From IMG/VR virus record IMGVR_UViG_3300036783_000170, positions 1 through 64,000 of that record: a DNA stretch of 64,000 nt; one strand, 5' to 3'. Below the pieces are notes generated by a model. The model saw nothing but the letters and a program-made list of their open reading frames with translations. It did not search any database and had not been told where the DNA came from. Made by a program: the position numbers and the translations under genes. The stretch is from a virus (lineage: Duplodnaviria; Caudoviricetes). This document shows, one piece after another, positions 52,193 to 61,197 of this stretch. The first letter of the stretch is position 1. Each line of letters opens with the position of its first letter.

Positions 52193-53341
52193 ATGCCTGT
52201 CGAGTCCCGAGACGTACTGATCACCGTGTCGCCGCAGGTGCTGGCCGACTTCACCGAGGCGCGAGACGAGCTGAGCGAGGTCGGCGAGCCCGACGCGAGG
52301 TCCCTCAACCAGTGCGACGCCGTCCCGCACCTCAAGGTCATCCCCTGGAGCAGCGAGGTGATCCAGGACGTGTCGGAGAGCAGCCTCCTGGAGGACGACC
52401 CGCTGGAGCTGGAGGCGGTCTGGCAGCGGCTCCGCGACCTAGCCGCCATCGTCCAGGCCGACGCAGGAGGGTACGTCCCCAAGACCTACCGGGGGCTCGC
52501 CGGCCTGGAGCGGCTGCTGCTCTCTGACGAGCAGTGGCACGAGCGCTGGGAACTCCGCGAGCGGGCCGTGCGCGAGGGCATCTGGGAGAAGGTCCACCCG
52601 CAGGTCAAGAGGTTCTGCGAGGTCATGCTCGCCGCGATGAAGGAGGAGGGCGACTGGAAGCTCGTCCTGAGCCCGTCACCGGAGCCGGCCAGAGAGGCAC
52701 CGGCCGCCGAGTACGAGGGCTACGAGGTAGGGCCCGAGTCGTTCCCCCAGCTGGCGGGTCCGATGGGCCCCGACTCCTCCGTCCTCGATGAGTACTGGAG
52801 CAGGCTGGCCTGGAACCGACTGATCGCCAGGGCCGACAGGGAGAAGATCCCCCTCCGCGACCTGGAGGACATCCCCCGCACGCTGCAAGGGCTGGCGGAG
52901 CTGGAGTGGCGCGTCTACGACGCCGAGACCTTCCTCAAGCTGTACCGGCTCCGGATGGACGGGGCCATGGGCTCCGTGAACCTGGGGAACGGCGACGTGA
53001 TCCTGCGTAACCTGCTGATGAGGCAGCTGATGGAGCTGGCCATGCCGGCCGAGCTGCTAGCCGAGGCCACCCAGGACCAGCGTCAGCACTTGAAGCCTGC
53101 AGGCAACGTGGGGCACGCCCCCGAGGCGGAGGGCGGCAAGCGGGTCACCTACAACATGTCCGGTCGTGCGGTGGCCGCCCTCGACAGCTGCGCGGCGCTC
53201 ACCGACGCCAACGACACCCAGATCCGCGACCAGGCCGTGACCCTGCTGGCAGACGTGCTGGAGGCGCAGGCGGCCGGCGGCGGCATCTGGATCCAGCGCC
53301 GACCCGGTGACGAGCGCGAGCGAGTGAGGGTCTACCTGTAG
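52193..53341 (+). CDS. hypothetical protein with C-terminal ribbon-helix-helix domain
   Basis: KRVTYNMSGRAVAALDSCAALTDANDTQIRDQAV...GGGIWIQR. Confidence 0.6.
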   Translation: MPVESRDVLITVSPQVLADFTEARDELSEVGEPDARSLNQCDAVPHLKVIPWSSEVIQDVSESSLLEDDPLELEAVWQRLRDLAAIVQADAGGYVPKTYRGLAGLERLLLSDEQWHERWELRERAVREGIWEKVHPQVKRFCEVMLAAMKEEGDWKLVLSPSPEPAREAPAAEYEGYEVGPESFPQLAGPMGPDSSVLDEYWSRLAWNRLIARADREKIPLRDLEDIPRTLQGLAELEWRVYDAETFLKLYRLRMDGAMGSVNLGNGDVILRNLLMRQLMELAMPAELLAEATQDQRQHLKPAGNVGHAPEAEGGKRVTYNMSGRAVAALDSCAALTDANDTQIRDQAVTLLADVLEAQAAGGGIWIQRRPGDERERVRVYL

Positions 53342-53358
53342 AGGCGCGAGCACAGAGG

Positions 53359-53392
53359 AGCCCCGACCCACGAGAGGGTCGGGGCTCTTTGG
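53359..53392. terminator. terminator between convergent genes
   Basis: GAGCCCCGACCC-acgaga-GGGTCGGGGCTC followed by TTT. Confidence 0.75.
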
Positions 53393-53394
53393 TG

Positions 53395-55015
53395 CTAGCA
53401 GCAGCCGCAGCCCGGCCTCGGCTGGGTCGGGCACTCGTGGACGTGCGCGCCCCCCTCGCCCCCGCACGCCTCGCACTCGCGGCCGTCGAGGCACCAGAGC
53501 GCGGCGTTCAGCACCGCCAGCCGCTTCTCCAGTGGCTCGGTGCGGAGCGGGTGCTGGCCGTCTTGGAGGATGTCGTCCAGCTCCCCGATGACGCCGCGCC
53601 GCCGCTCTTCGAGCACCTCACGCTGCTGGGAGACCTCCCCGTACGGCATGTCCTGCATCCTCTGCATGAGGAACACTCCCTCCGTGTCGGTCACGACGAC
53701 CACCCCCCGACGAAGTCCCACCCGGGGCCGATGTCCTCGGGCTTGAGGGGGAACTGCGTGACGCCACTGCTCATCTCCCAGGGGTTAGAGACGGCGACCT
53801 CGAGGTCGAGGATCGGCAGCGCCCTGGCCTCGCCGGCCTCCACTCGGGCGACGCCGTGCAGGTGCTCTTCTCGCTGCTGGATCAGCGTGTCCTGGTCGTC
53901 GGGGCCGCCGGACCACGTCTGACCGCAGGTGCAGTCCATCGCGACTCCCTCGCGCCCTTCGTTGAACGTGCCTCTCACGCGACTCACGGCGTGTGTGGGT
54001 CCTGGGTCCGGCCAGACCCCGACGCGTTCTTGTCGGAACTGGCGCTCCTCGACCTCCTCCGGCGAGTAGAACTCCTCGTCCGGGTCCATCTCCGGTGCGT
54101 ACTCGATCATGTCTTGTCCTCTTCTCGCCTGTGGGTTAGCAGTCCAGGTCATCGAGGGCCGGGTCTCGCCACCGCGACCTCCAGTGGATCAGTCCCCGCT
54201 CCAGTGCCTGCTCATACTCCTTGACCCTCTTCGCGGTGCGTGGATGGCGGTACGGGACGCGAGTCGCGCCGTAGTAGAAGCTCGGGATGCGGCCGGGGGT
54301 GTCGTCGCCTCCACGCCAGATGTAATCGGTAGGGATGCCGCCTACTGCGTCGCTGATCGCCACGACGCCCTTCCTCACCCTGCTGGACTCGCAGTAGATG
54401 CAGCCGCCGTCGGCGCAGATGATGTCGGGCTCGGGCCAGCAGACCTTGCGGGGCATCAGACGATCCCTCGTACGCGCACGCTCATCCTCGCTTACTTCGG
54501 CGGGTAGCTGTGCCGGCGGGCCCAGCCCTCGGGCGTGGGCAGGTCGTAGAGGCCGTCCTCCTGCGCCAGGCGGGTCATCTCGGCCAGCACCTCCTGCTGT
54601 TGGGCGTGCTCTTTCCGGCGTTCGAGAGAGAGGATCCGCCAGGCCAGGATGGTGCCGACGTGCTGTCCGGTCATCTTGGCTATCTTGACGTGCATGACTC
54701 CCGACCGTATGGCGTCGGCGACCGCGTCGTGCAGCTCGTTCTCCGCCCGCGTGTAGGCGTAGTCGGCCTGGCGGACCCGCTTGACGGCCTGGAGCTGCTC
54801 TTCGACTGCCTCGTCTTCGGCACTCATCGCTGCTCCTCGAACTCCTGGCGAGTGCCGAACCAGATGGCGTCGTGCTCGGTCCAGTGCGCGTCCGCCGAGG
54901 CGACGTACTCCTGCTTGGTGCCGTCGGCCTCGGTGACGTTGACGTAGACCTCCCAGCGGGACTCGGTGATCACGACCTTCTGCGGCGCCTTGATGACGGT
55001 GATGTCGACGCTCAC
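53395..55015 (-). CDS. minus-strand accessory genes (53395-53721, 53691-54110, 54136-54456, 54492-54827 HTH-like, 54824-55015)
   Basis: Co-oriented ORFs, several overlapping or coupled. Confidence 0.55.
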
Positions 55016-55911
55016 GAGAAGACCACCCTGAACATCTCCTCGCTACCGACTGGCTTGAGCCAGACCTCCTGGGCGTTGGTGACCGTGTCGGTGATCTGGA
55101 TGCTCCGGTTGATCGTCTCGGTCTGGCTCCACTCCATGCGCTGGGAGAGCCGCTCCTTGGCCTCGGCGGAGCGCCGGGTGAGGTTCAGAGTGACGCGCTT
55201 GGTGACCTGGTCCATAGGTGTCTCGCCCGTGGTCGACTTGGTCGGGGCCTTCGGGTAGATCATGTCGATGAAGTGGCCGAGCGAGCCATCCTCAGTCCTG
55301 ATCAACATGCCGATCAGGTCGGTATGTAACTCCTGAGCCCACCCCAGCAGGATGACGCCGGCCTGCTCGCGCAGGGCCGTCAGCGCTCGGTCGTCGTGGA
55401 CGCTGGCGTCGTAGATACGACGGCTCTTGACGAGCAGCTCTGGCTGGTCACTGGCGTAGGCCACCAGCTCCGCCTCGCCTCTCATCAACGGCGGGTCGGG
55501 CTGGTGGTCGTGGATACTGAGCCGGGTGCGCGCCTCAGAGAACGGGGACATCACCTTCGTTACGTGCGCCTTGACACCCTCTTTTGGCGGGAACGGATCC
55601 CGGTAGAGCCTCCCGGCCTCGTCGACAGATAGAAGGACGGCATTCAACTCGTCTGGGTGGTCTATCCTCCACTGGTCTAGGACTGCCTCTAAATGCTTGA
55701 ATGCGCCGTCGACGGTCTGGTTGATCTCGTCCCAGTGGAACCGCTGGTTCCTGACCACTGCTCCGAAGCCCGCGACGTACGCCACCAGCTCGACCTCTCG
55801 GGGCACTAGCGGCGGATCCGTCTTGTAGTGGGGGATGAGCACTTCTTCTTCGACAGGCATGCAGCTCTCCTCTGGCGTCTGATACATCTTTGGTACATCG
55901 ATAGTATGCAT
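55012..55911 (-). CDS. protein with internally duplicated domain and C-terminal RHH
   Basis: DPPLV.REVELVAY / DPPLMRGEAELVAY duplication; KRVTLNLTRRSAEAKERLSQRMEWSQTETINRSIQ; lower GC. Confidence 0.6.
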   Translation of the reverse strand: MHTIDVPKMYQTPEESCMPVEEEVLIPHYKTDPPLVPREVELVAYVAGFGAVVRNQRFHWDEINQTVDGAFKHLEAVLDQWRIDHPDELNAVLLSVDEAGRLYRDPFPPKEGVKAHVTKVMSPFSEARTRLSIHDHQPDPPLMRGEAELVAYASDQPELLVKSRRIYDASVHDDRALTALREQAGVILLGWAQELHTDLIGMLIRTEDGSLGHFIDMIYPKAPTKSTTGETPMDQVTKRVTLNLTRRSAEAKERLSQRMEWSQTETINRSIQITDTVTNAQEVWLKPVGSEEMFRVVFS

Positions 55912-55946
55912 GATCGACGCCAGAGGCAAGAGCTTCCTTGTAGTGG

Positions 55947-56219
55947 CTACGCCTGGCCCATCTCTTCTCGGGCCCGGCACTCCTCCGCGAACCTGACGAG
56001 CTGCTCCAGCTCGGTCGAGCTGAGGGTGAACGACCGGATCCCCCACTCGTCCCGGCACAGCTCGACCTGGTCGCCCACGATCTTGACGTGCATCAGGGTG
56101 TCGTAGAAGCGGCCCGGCGTCCGGATCTCGGCGGACCGGGTGATCTGTCGGCGGGTGATGGTGTCCGGCTGCGCCGGTCGCTGAGTCTTGCGAGTGAGCC
56201 AGCCCATATATTCCTCCAT
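55947..56219 (-). CDS. hypothetical protein
   Basis: RBS GGAGG; AT-rich divergent promoter region 56200-56260. Confidence 0.55.
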   Translation of the reverse strand: MEEYMGWLTRKTQRPAQPDTITRRQITRSAEIRTPGRFYDTLMHVKIVGDQVELCRDEWGIRSFTLSSTELEQLVRFAEECRAREEMGQA

Positions 56220-56245
56220 ACGTATATAGAGTCGAGTCGCTGATA

Positions 56246-56285
56246 TTGTACTCTAAAGATGTTTGGAGTTATACCCGCCGGAGAG
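56246..56285 (+). promoter_or_regulatory. promoter/operator variant
   Basis: TTGTAC, AAAGATGTTT 56255-56264, GCCGGAGAG 56277-56285. Confidence 0.55.
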
Positions 56286-56299
56286 CAGGAGATCAAGAG

Positions 56300-56965
56300 A
56301 TGATGGGTTACAGCCACAGCCTCAGTGGGGCCGCCGCCTGGCTCGCCGCCGCGCCGGTGGTCGCCCTGGTCGCCCCCATGGGCCCCAGGGAGGTGCTGAT
56401 GGGCGCCGTGGTGACCGCAGGAGGCGCGCTGCTGCCCGACCTGGACTCGGTGGGGTCCACGGCCTCCCGGGCGCTCGGAGGCGCCTCGCGGGGCTTCTCG
56501 CGGCTCGTACGGCACGCCAGCGGCGGGCACCGGCAGGGCACCCACTCGCTGCTCGCGGCCGGCCTGATGGGGCTGCTGGCCCAGCTCGGGGTCGTACTGG
56601 GCTTCTCCTGGGCGCCGGTCGCGCTGGTGCTCTGGGTCGGGCTCCGGGGCCTCAAGCTCCTGCGGTCCGCCAAGACGGTGCTGCTGGCGTTCGCGGCGTG
56701 CGTCGCGGGGGTCGTCGGCCTGCACTACGCGGGGGTCGGGATGTCCTGGGTCGGGGTCGCGGTCGCCCTGGGCGCGCTGGCGCACCTGGTGGGGGACGCT
56801 CTCACCCCGGAGGGGGTGCCGTTGATGTGGGCGCCGTGGCACCGGCGGGCCCGCCGGTACACGCTGTCGCTGTTCACCACGAACACCTGGCCGGAGCACC
56901 TCGTGGTCACCCCGATACTGGTCGTCGGCATCCTGCTCCTGGGGCGGCTCAGCCTCGTAGGCTGA
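56300..56965 (+). CDS. YdjM-family metal-dependent membrane hydrolase
   Basis: MMGYSH...GALLPDLD...HRQGTHSLL...LAHLVGDALTPEGVPL with TM helices. Confidence 0.85.
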   Translation: MMGYSHSLSGAAAWLAAAPVVALVAPMGPREVLMGAVVTAGGALLPDLDSVGSTASRALGGASRGFSRLVRHASGGHRQGTHSLLAAGLMGLLAQLGVVLGFSWAPVALVLWVGLRGLKLLRSAKTVLLAFAACVAGVVGLHYAGVGMSWVGVAVALGALAHLVGDALTPEGVPLMWAPWHRRARRYTLSLFTTNTWPEHLVVTPILVVGILLLGRLSLVG

Positions 56966-56989
56966 TGCGTATACCCACCAGGAGGAAAG

Positions 56990-57853
56990 ATGATCAAGCT
57001 GCTGCTCGCCGCCCTGATGGCGGTCCCCCAGCTCGTGCCCCACGCCGCGCCGGCACCGGTCTACGGCTGGACCGTGGACGACGTGTCCGGCGTCTCTCAG
57101 GTCGTCGCGTCGCTCCAGGCGTCGCCGCGCCGACTCACCACCCGCGTGGTGCTGGACCCGGGCACCACCCCCGCCGACTACCGGCCGGCGATCGCCGCCA
57201 TGCACCCGTACTCGGCGCTGATGGGCGAGCTGGTGGACTCCGAGTCGATGGCCGGTACCTCGGTCGCCGCGTACCGCAGCAGGGCGTCCTCGTTCGTCTC
57301 CGGGCTGCCGCTGGTGGACGTGTGGGAGGTCGGGAACGAGGTCAACGGCGACTGGACCGGCTCGTACCCCTCCGTGCAGCAGAAGGTCGACGCCACCTAC
57401 CAGGTGGTCGCGGCGGCTAGCAAGCCGGCGGCGCTGACGCTCTGGTACAACCCCGGCTGCAAGGGCAGCTCCCGGGAGCTGGACCCGGTCTCGTTCAGCC
57501 AGCAGTACGTCACCCCCGCCACCCGGCAGGGCCTCGCGTACGTGTGGGTCAGCTACTACGAGACCGAGTGCAACAGCTACCGGCCGACCGCCGCCGTGCT
57601 CACGTCGCTGTTCACCCAGCTGCACCAGCTCTACCCGGGCGCGCTACTGGGCTTCGGGGAGGTCGGGCTGCCGAGCAAGGCCGGCACGAGGACGCTCGCG
57701 ACGGCGCGGTCGATCATGTCGTACTACTACGGGCTGCACGTCGACGCGCCCGGGTACGTCGGCGGGTACTTCTGGTGGTACGGGCGCGAGGACCTTGCCC
57801 CCACTAGCAAGCCGCTCTGGTCGACCTTCTCGGCGGCGGTCCAGCAGTACTAA
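56990..57853 (+). CDS. secreted glycoside hydrolase-like protein (GH-A clan TIM barrel)
   Basis: Signal peptide; DVWEVGNEVNGDW acid/base motif; GFGEVG nucleophile-like motif. Confidence 0.65.
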   Translation: MIKLLLAALMAVPQLVPHAAPAPVYGWTVDDVSGVSQVVASLQASPRRLTTRVVLDPGTTPADYRPAIAAMHPYSALMGELVDSESMAGTSVAAYRSRASSFVSGLPLVDVWEVGNEVNGDWTGSYPSVQQKVDATYQVVAAASKPAALTLWYNPGCKGSSRELDPVSFSQQYVTPATRQGLAYVWVSYYETECNSYRPTAAVLTSLFTQLHQLYPGALLGFGEVGLPSKAGTRTLATARSIMSYYYGLHVDAPGYVGGYFWWYGREDLAPTSKPLWSTFSAAVQQY

Positions 57854-57890
57854 GGATTCTTATGGTATCGTGGCATCTCCGCCATGAGAG
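57845..57890 (+). promoter_or_regulatory. promoter/operator unit
   Basis: AAGGATTCTT 57852-57861, TGGTATCGT, GCCATGAGAG. Confidence 0.7.
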
Positions 57891-57898
57891 GAGAGCCA

Positions 57899-58332
57899 AT
57901 GAGCCGGGTGACCGTGACAGACAACGGCAGCAACCTGACCATCGATGACGAGACCTTCGAGATCATCACCTACATCCACCAGAGGCGAGGCGCCAGGATC
58001 GAGATCAACGCGTACAGGGTCGACCTGGACGCGTTCGCGGACGAGGAGAACGACGACTCCGGGACGCTCACGCTGGACATGAGCCGCGCCCAGTTCAAGC
58101 ACTTCCTGCTCGCCTGCCTCGACAAGCTGATCGACTGATGGCCGTCGTGGACGACGAGCCGATGCCGGCGTGCGGCTACCGGTACCTAGTGAGCTGGTAT
58201 AGGCGAGACGGAGACGGCCCGTGGATGAAGACCTTCCAGACCACCGACGAGATGCTCGCCTTCGTCGCCGAGACGGCGAGCGAGGCGATGGAGTTCACCG
58301 TCTCCTGTCTGTACGAGGATGAGGTCGAATGA
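57899..58332 (+). CDS. two small hypothetical proteins (57899-58138, 58138-58332)
   Basis: Coupled ORFs after the promoter. Confidence 0.6.
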
Positions 58333-59171
58333 GCGAGTCCCGGGCCCCGTCGTCGTGGCGGGCCGAGAGGATCGGGCCGATGGTCCCGTTCATGCCGGAC
58401 TCCTCCACGCAGCGAGTCGCCGCCTCCGGGATGATCCTGCGGGTGATGGCCGGCTCGGCGATCCACGGCACCTCGATCGGCGGCAGCGACCGGGACGAGA
58501 TGGGCGTCTGCGTCGAGCCGCCGCAGACCGTAGTCGGCCTGAAGAGGTTCGAGCAGTACCAGTTCCGCTCGCAGCCGCAGGGGGTGGTGTCTGGCCCTGG
58601 AGACCTGGACCTCACGATCTACGGGCTCCGCAAGTACGCCGCGCTGGCCGCGCAGGGCAACCCGACGATCTTGTCGCTTCTGTTCACCCGAGACGAGCAC
58701 ACGCTCTACGCCACCGGGATCGGCGACGACCTGCGGCAGCGCCGCGCCATGTTCCTCTCCCGGCAGGCCGGCGCCCGGTTCCGGGGCTACCTGGAGTCGC
58801 AGCGGCGCGGGCTGATGGGCCTGCGCTCCGGAGGCAGCCGTAACCAGGGCCGGTCCGACATCCGTGAGAAGTACGGGTTCGACACGAAGTTCGCGGCGCA
58901 TATGGTCCGGCTGGGGCTACAGGGGGTCGAGCTGCTCGCCACCGGCGAGATCAGCCTCCCGGTGCCCGAGCCCGATCGCACCTGGCTGCTGGAGCTGCGC
59001 CGGGGCGAGCACACCAAGCAGGAGGCGCTGGCCCGCGCCGAGCACCTGGAGCACCAGATCGACGGGCTGATGCGCTCCGACGAGTCCCCGCTCCCGGAGC
59101 AGCCCGCCTGGGACGACATCAACGACTGGCTGGCAGCCGTCCACCGCCAGCACTGGGGGTGGGATCGGTGA
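58329..59171 (+). CDS. Pol-beta-superfamily nucleotidyltransferase (RlaP/PF10127-like)
   Basis: VMAGSAIHGTS..GSDRDEMGV...DLDLTIYGLRKY..LA.QGNPTIL.LLF...KYGFDTKFAAH.VRL..QG.ELL..G. Confidence 0.85.
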   Translation: MSESRAPSSWRAERIGPMVPFMPDSSTQRVAASGMILRVMAGSAIHGTSIGGSDRDEMGVCVEPPQTVVGLKRFEQYQFRSQPQGVVSGPGDLDLTIYGLRKYAALAAQGNPTILSLLFTRDEHTLYATGIGDDLRQRRAMFLSRQAGARFRGYLESQRRGLMGLRSGGSRNQGRSDIREKYGFDTKFAAHMVRLGLQGVELLATGEISLPVPEPDRTWLLELRRGEHTKQEALARAEHLEHQIDGLMRSDESPLPEQPAWDDINDWLAAVHRQHWGWDR

Positions 59172-59595
59172 TCGGCGCCCTCGTCATGCTCGCGTGGCTG
59201 ACCCTCGGCGTCGTCATGTACCGGCTCTGGTGGTGCGGCGTCGACGGCCAGTACCGCTGGCGCGACCTCGCCGTGTTCTGGGCCTGGTGGGTGCTGCTGT
59301 GGCCGCTGGCGTACGGGTGGGAGATCGGTAGCCGGCTGCCGCTGGCGTGGCGAGAGTACTGGCGCATACACAGAGAGACGGGTCGATGGCTATGAGGAAG
59401 TGGACTGGCTCTACTAGCGCCGCTGACTGGGTGCGCCATAACTACGGCGTGCCGGCGCGGCGATTCAGTCAGGTCCGGGTCGACGGGCACCTCGGTCGGA
59501 TCACCTCGTTCGACCCTCCGTACATCAACGTCCGGTTCGAGGGCGAGAGGCGCTCGCAGCCGTGCCACCCGAGCTGGCGAGTGGAGTACCTATGA
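59168..59595 (+). CDS. membrane protein (59168-59395) and small protein (59392-59595)
   Basis: Coupled ORFs; first has two hydrophobic segments. Confidence 0.55.
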
Positions 59596-60104
59596 GGCCC
59601 GTGATCCTCGGCGAGGCGCCGAGCAAGAGCGGCGACCGCTACTGGCAGTTCCCCCTGTCGGGCGCGGTCGGGCAGCGTCTGTGCGAGTGGGCTGGACTGG
59701 AGCCGGAGGCCGGCGGGAGTAGGTACGGCCGCTACTACTGGCCGCTCAACGAGGCGTTCGAGCTGCGCAACCTGCTGGAGCGCTACCCAGGACCGCAGGG
59801 GCGCGGGGCCGCCCTGCCGATGGGGCTTGCCCGGTCGGCGTGGGAGGAGCTGGAGCCGGCGCTCGCGGGGAGGGTGCTCGTCGTGCTCGGCTCTCGCCTC
59901 CGCGAGGTCGTAGGGATAGACCCGACCTTCTACGAGTGGAACCTGATCGACAGGAAGGACCCAGGGTGTCCCCGGGGGTTCGTCCGTGCCTGCGCTATCC
60001 CCCACCCGTCCGGTCTGAACCGGGCCTACAACGCCGAAGAGGCGAGGGCTAGGGCCTCCGCGACGCTCCGTGAGGCGCTGGACATGACGAGCATTGTGCT
60101 CTAA
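59592..60104 (+). CDS. uracil-DNA glycosylase superfamily protein
   Basis: VILGEAPS motif 1, ELRNLL..YP, VLVVLG, IPHPSGLNRAYN motif 2. Confidence 0.75.
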   Translation: MRPVILGEAPSKSGDRYWQFPLSGAVGQRLCEWAGLEPEAGGSRYGRYYWPLNEAFELRNLLERYPGPQGRGAALPMGLARSAWEELEPALAGRVLVVLGSRLREVVGIDPTFYEWNLIDRKDPGCPRGFVRACAIPHPSGLNRAYNAEEARARASATLREALDMTSIVL

Positions 60105-60138
60105 GGATCCTTGTAGTATCGTGGATCTTGCCAGAGAG
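60094..60138 (+). promoter_or_regulatory. promoter/operator unit
   Basis: TTGTGC-N17-TATCGT, AAGGATCCTT 60103-60112, GCCAGAGAG 60130-60138. Confidence 0.75.
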
Positions 60139-60159
60139 AACCACACAGAGGAGACCACG

Positions 60160-60590
60160 ATGAGCATCCGCTGCGGGAGCTGCAAGGACCGTCACGACAC
60201 CGTCGGCGACGTTCGCGACTGCTTCGCCGAGGCCGCCCACTGGAACGAGGTCGACTCGGAGGCCAACTACCTCGCCGAGGCCGCCGCCGAGAACGCCTGG
60301 CTGCGCCACGCGGAGGACGCCGGCTGGCAGGAGGCGCTACTGGATCGGGCCATGGAGGACGCGCGCGGCGTCGTCCAGTTCGAGGACGCCTACGCGATGG
60401 CGATGGGCGAGCTGTGAGCGCCTACCAGGTCATCGTGGAGACCGACCACCAGCCCCGTGAGTTCGTCCTCAGCGAGTTCATCGGCCCCGAGGACATCGCC
60501 CGCGACGCCGCCGACCAGGAGGTGCTGCGGGTGCTGTCCGACCCGCCGGAGGGTGTCACCAACGCGTACGCGCACCGCAGGCACTACTGA
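60160..60590 (+). CDS. two small hypothetical proteins (60160-60417, 60414-60590)
   Basis: RBS GAGGAG; GTGA coupling. Confidence 0.55.
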
Positions 60591-60598
60591 GAGAGCCG

Positions 60599-60638
60599 AG
60601 GCCACCCTGGGTCGGAGGGGTACCCAGGGTGGCCTCCT
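60599..60638 (+). terminator. hairpin terminator
   Basis: GAGGCCACCCTGGGT...ACCCAGGGTGGCCTC inverted repeat. Confidence 0.65.
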
Positions 60639-60694
60639 CATGTCCACGGTAGCGCGAGCGCCCGAAGGTGCAGGACCCCCTCGGACGGAGAGCC

Positions 60695-61195
60695 ATGACC
60701 CCACCCCCAGGCACCATAGGGCTCTCGCGGATCGGCGGCGTCATGGGCGCGGCCATCGGCCTCGGCCAGCTCCTGAACGGCGATGCCTCCAGGTACACGC
60801 ACGCGTTCATCCTGCTGGACGACGGCACCACGCTGGGCGCTTACATGGGCGGCGCGAAGATCATCACCCTGGAGGAGGAGACCCGCCGGCACGGCCAGCC
60901 CGGCTACCTCCGCTACCCGCTGTCGTACGCTCAGCAGCTCAGCGTCGTCTCGATCGCGCGGTCCTACGTCGGCACGCCGTACAGCCTCGTGGAGTACCCG
61001 GCGCTGGCCGCCGTCCGGCTCGGGCTGCCCAACGAGGCGCTGTGCCGGTACGTGGCCGACAGTCATCATATGATCTGCTCGCAGCTCGTCGACCAGATCT
61101 ACCTCGACGCGGGTATCCACCTCTTCTCCGACGGCCGGTCTCCTGGCGCGGTCACGCCCGGCGACCTCGGTAACCTGGCGCTGGAGCTGGCCTGA
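60695..61195 (+). CDS. permuted papain-like NlpC/P60 amidase (YaeF/YiiX-like)
   Basis: YTHAFI (His first) ... YVGTPYS ... MICSQLVD (Cys late) ... VTPGDL. Confidence 0.75.
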   Translation: MTPPPGTIGLSRIGGVMGAAIGLGQLLNGDASRYTHAFILLDDGTTLGAYMGGAKIITLEEETRRHGQPGYLRYPLSYAQQLSVVSIARSYVGTPYSLVEYPALAAVRLGLPNEALCRYVADSHHMICSQLVDQIYLDAGIHLFSDGRSPGAVTPGDLGNLALELA

Positions 61196-61197
61196 CC

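Noticed and set aside
55921-55950. Minus-strand TAGCCACTACAAGGAAGCTCTT resembling the promoter repeat
   Set aside because: The palindrome is broken and there is no -10 at the expected distance; possibly a remnant, not counted.
1046-60138. Treating the AAGGATCCTT repeats as a CRISPR array or IS ends
   Set aside because: They are dispersed at irregular kilobase spacing and tied to -10/-35 boxes; no spacers, cas genes or transposase.
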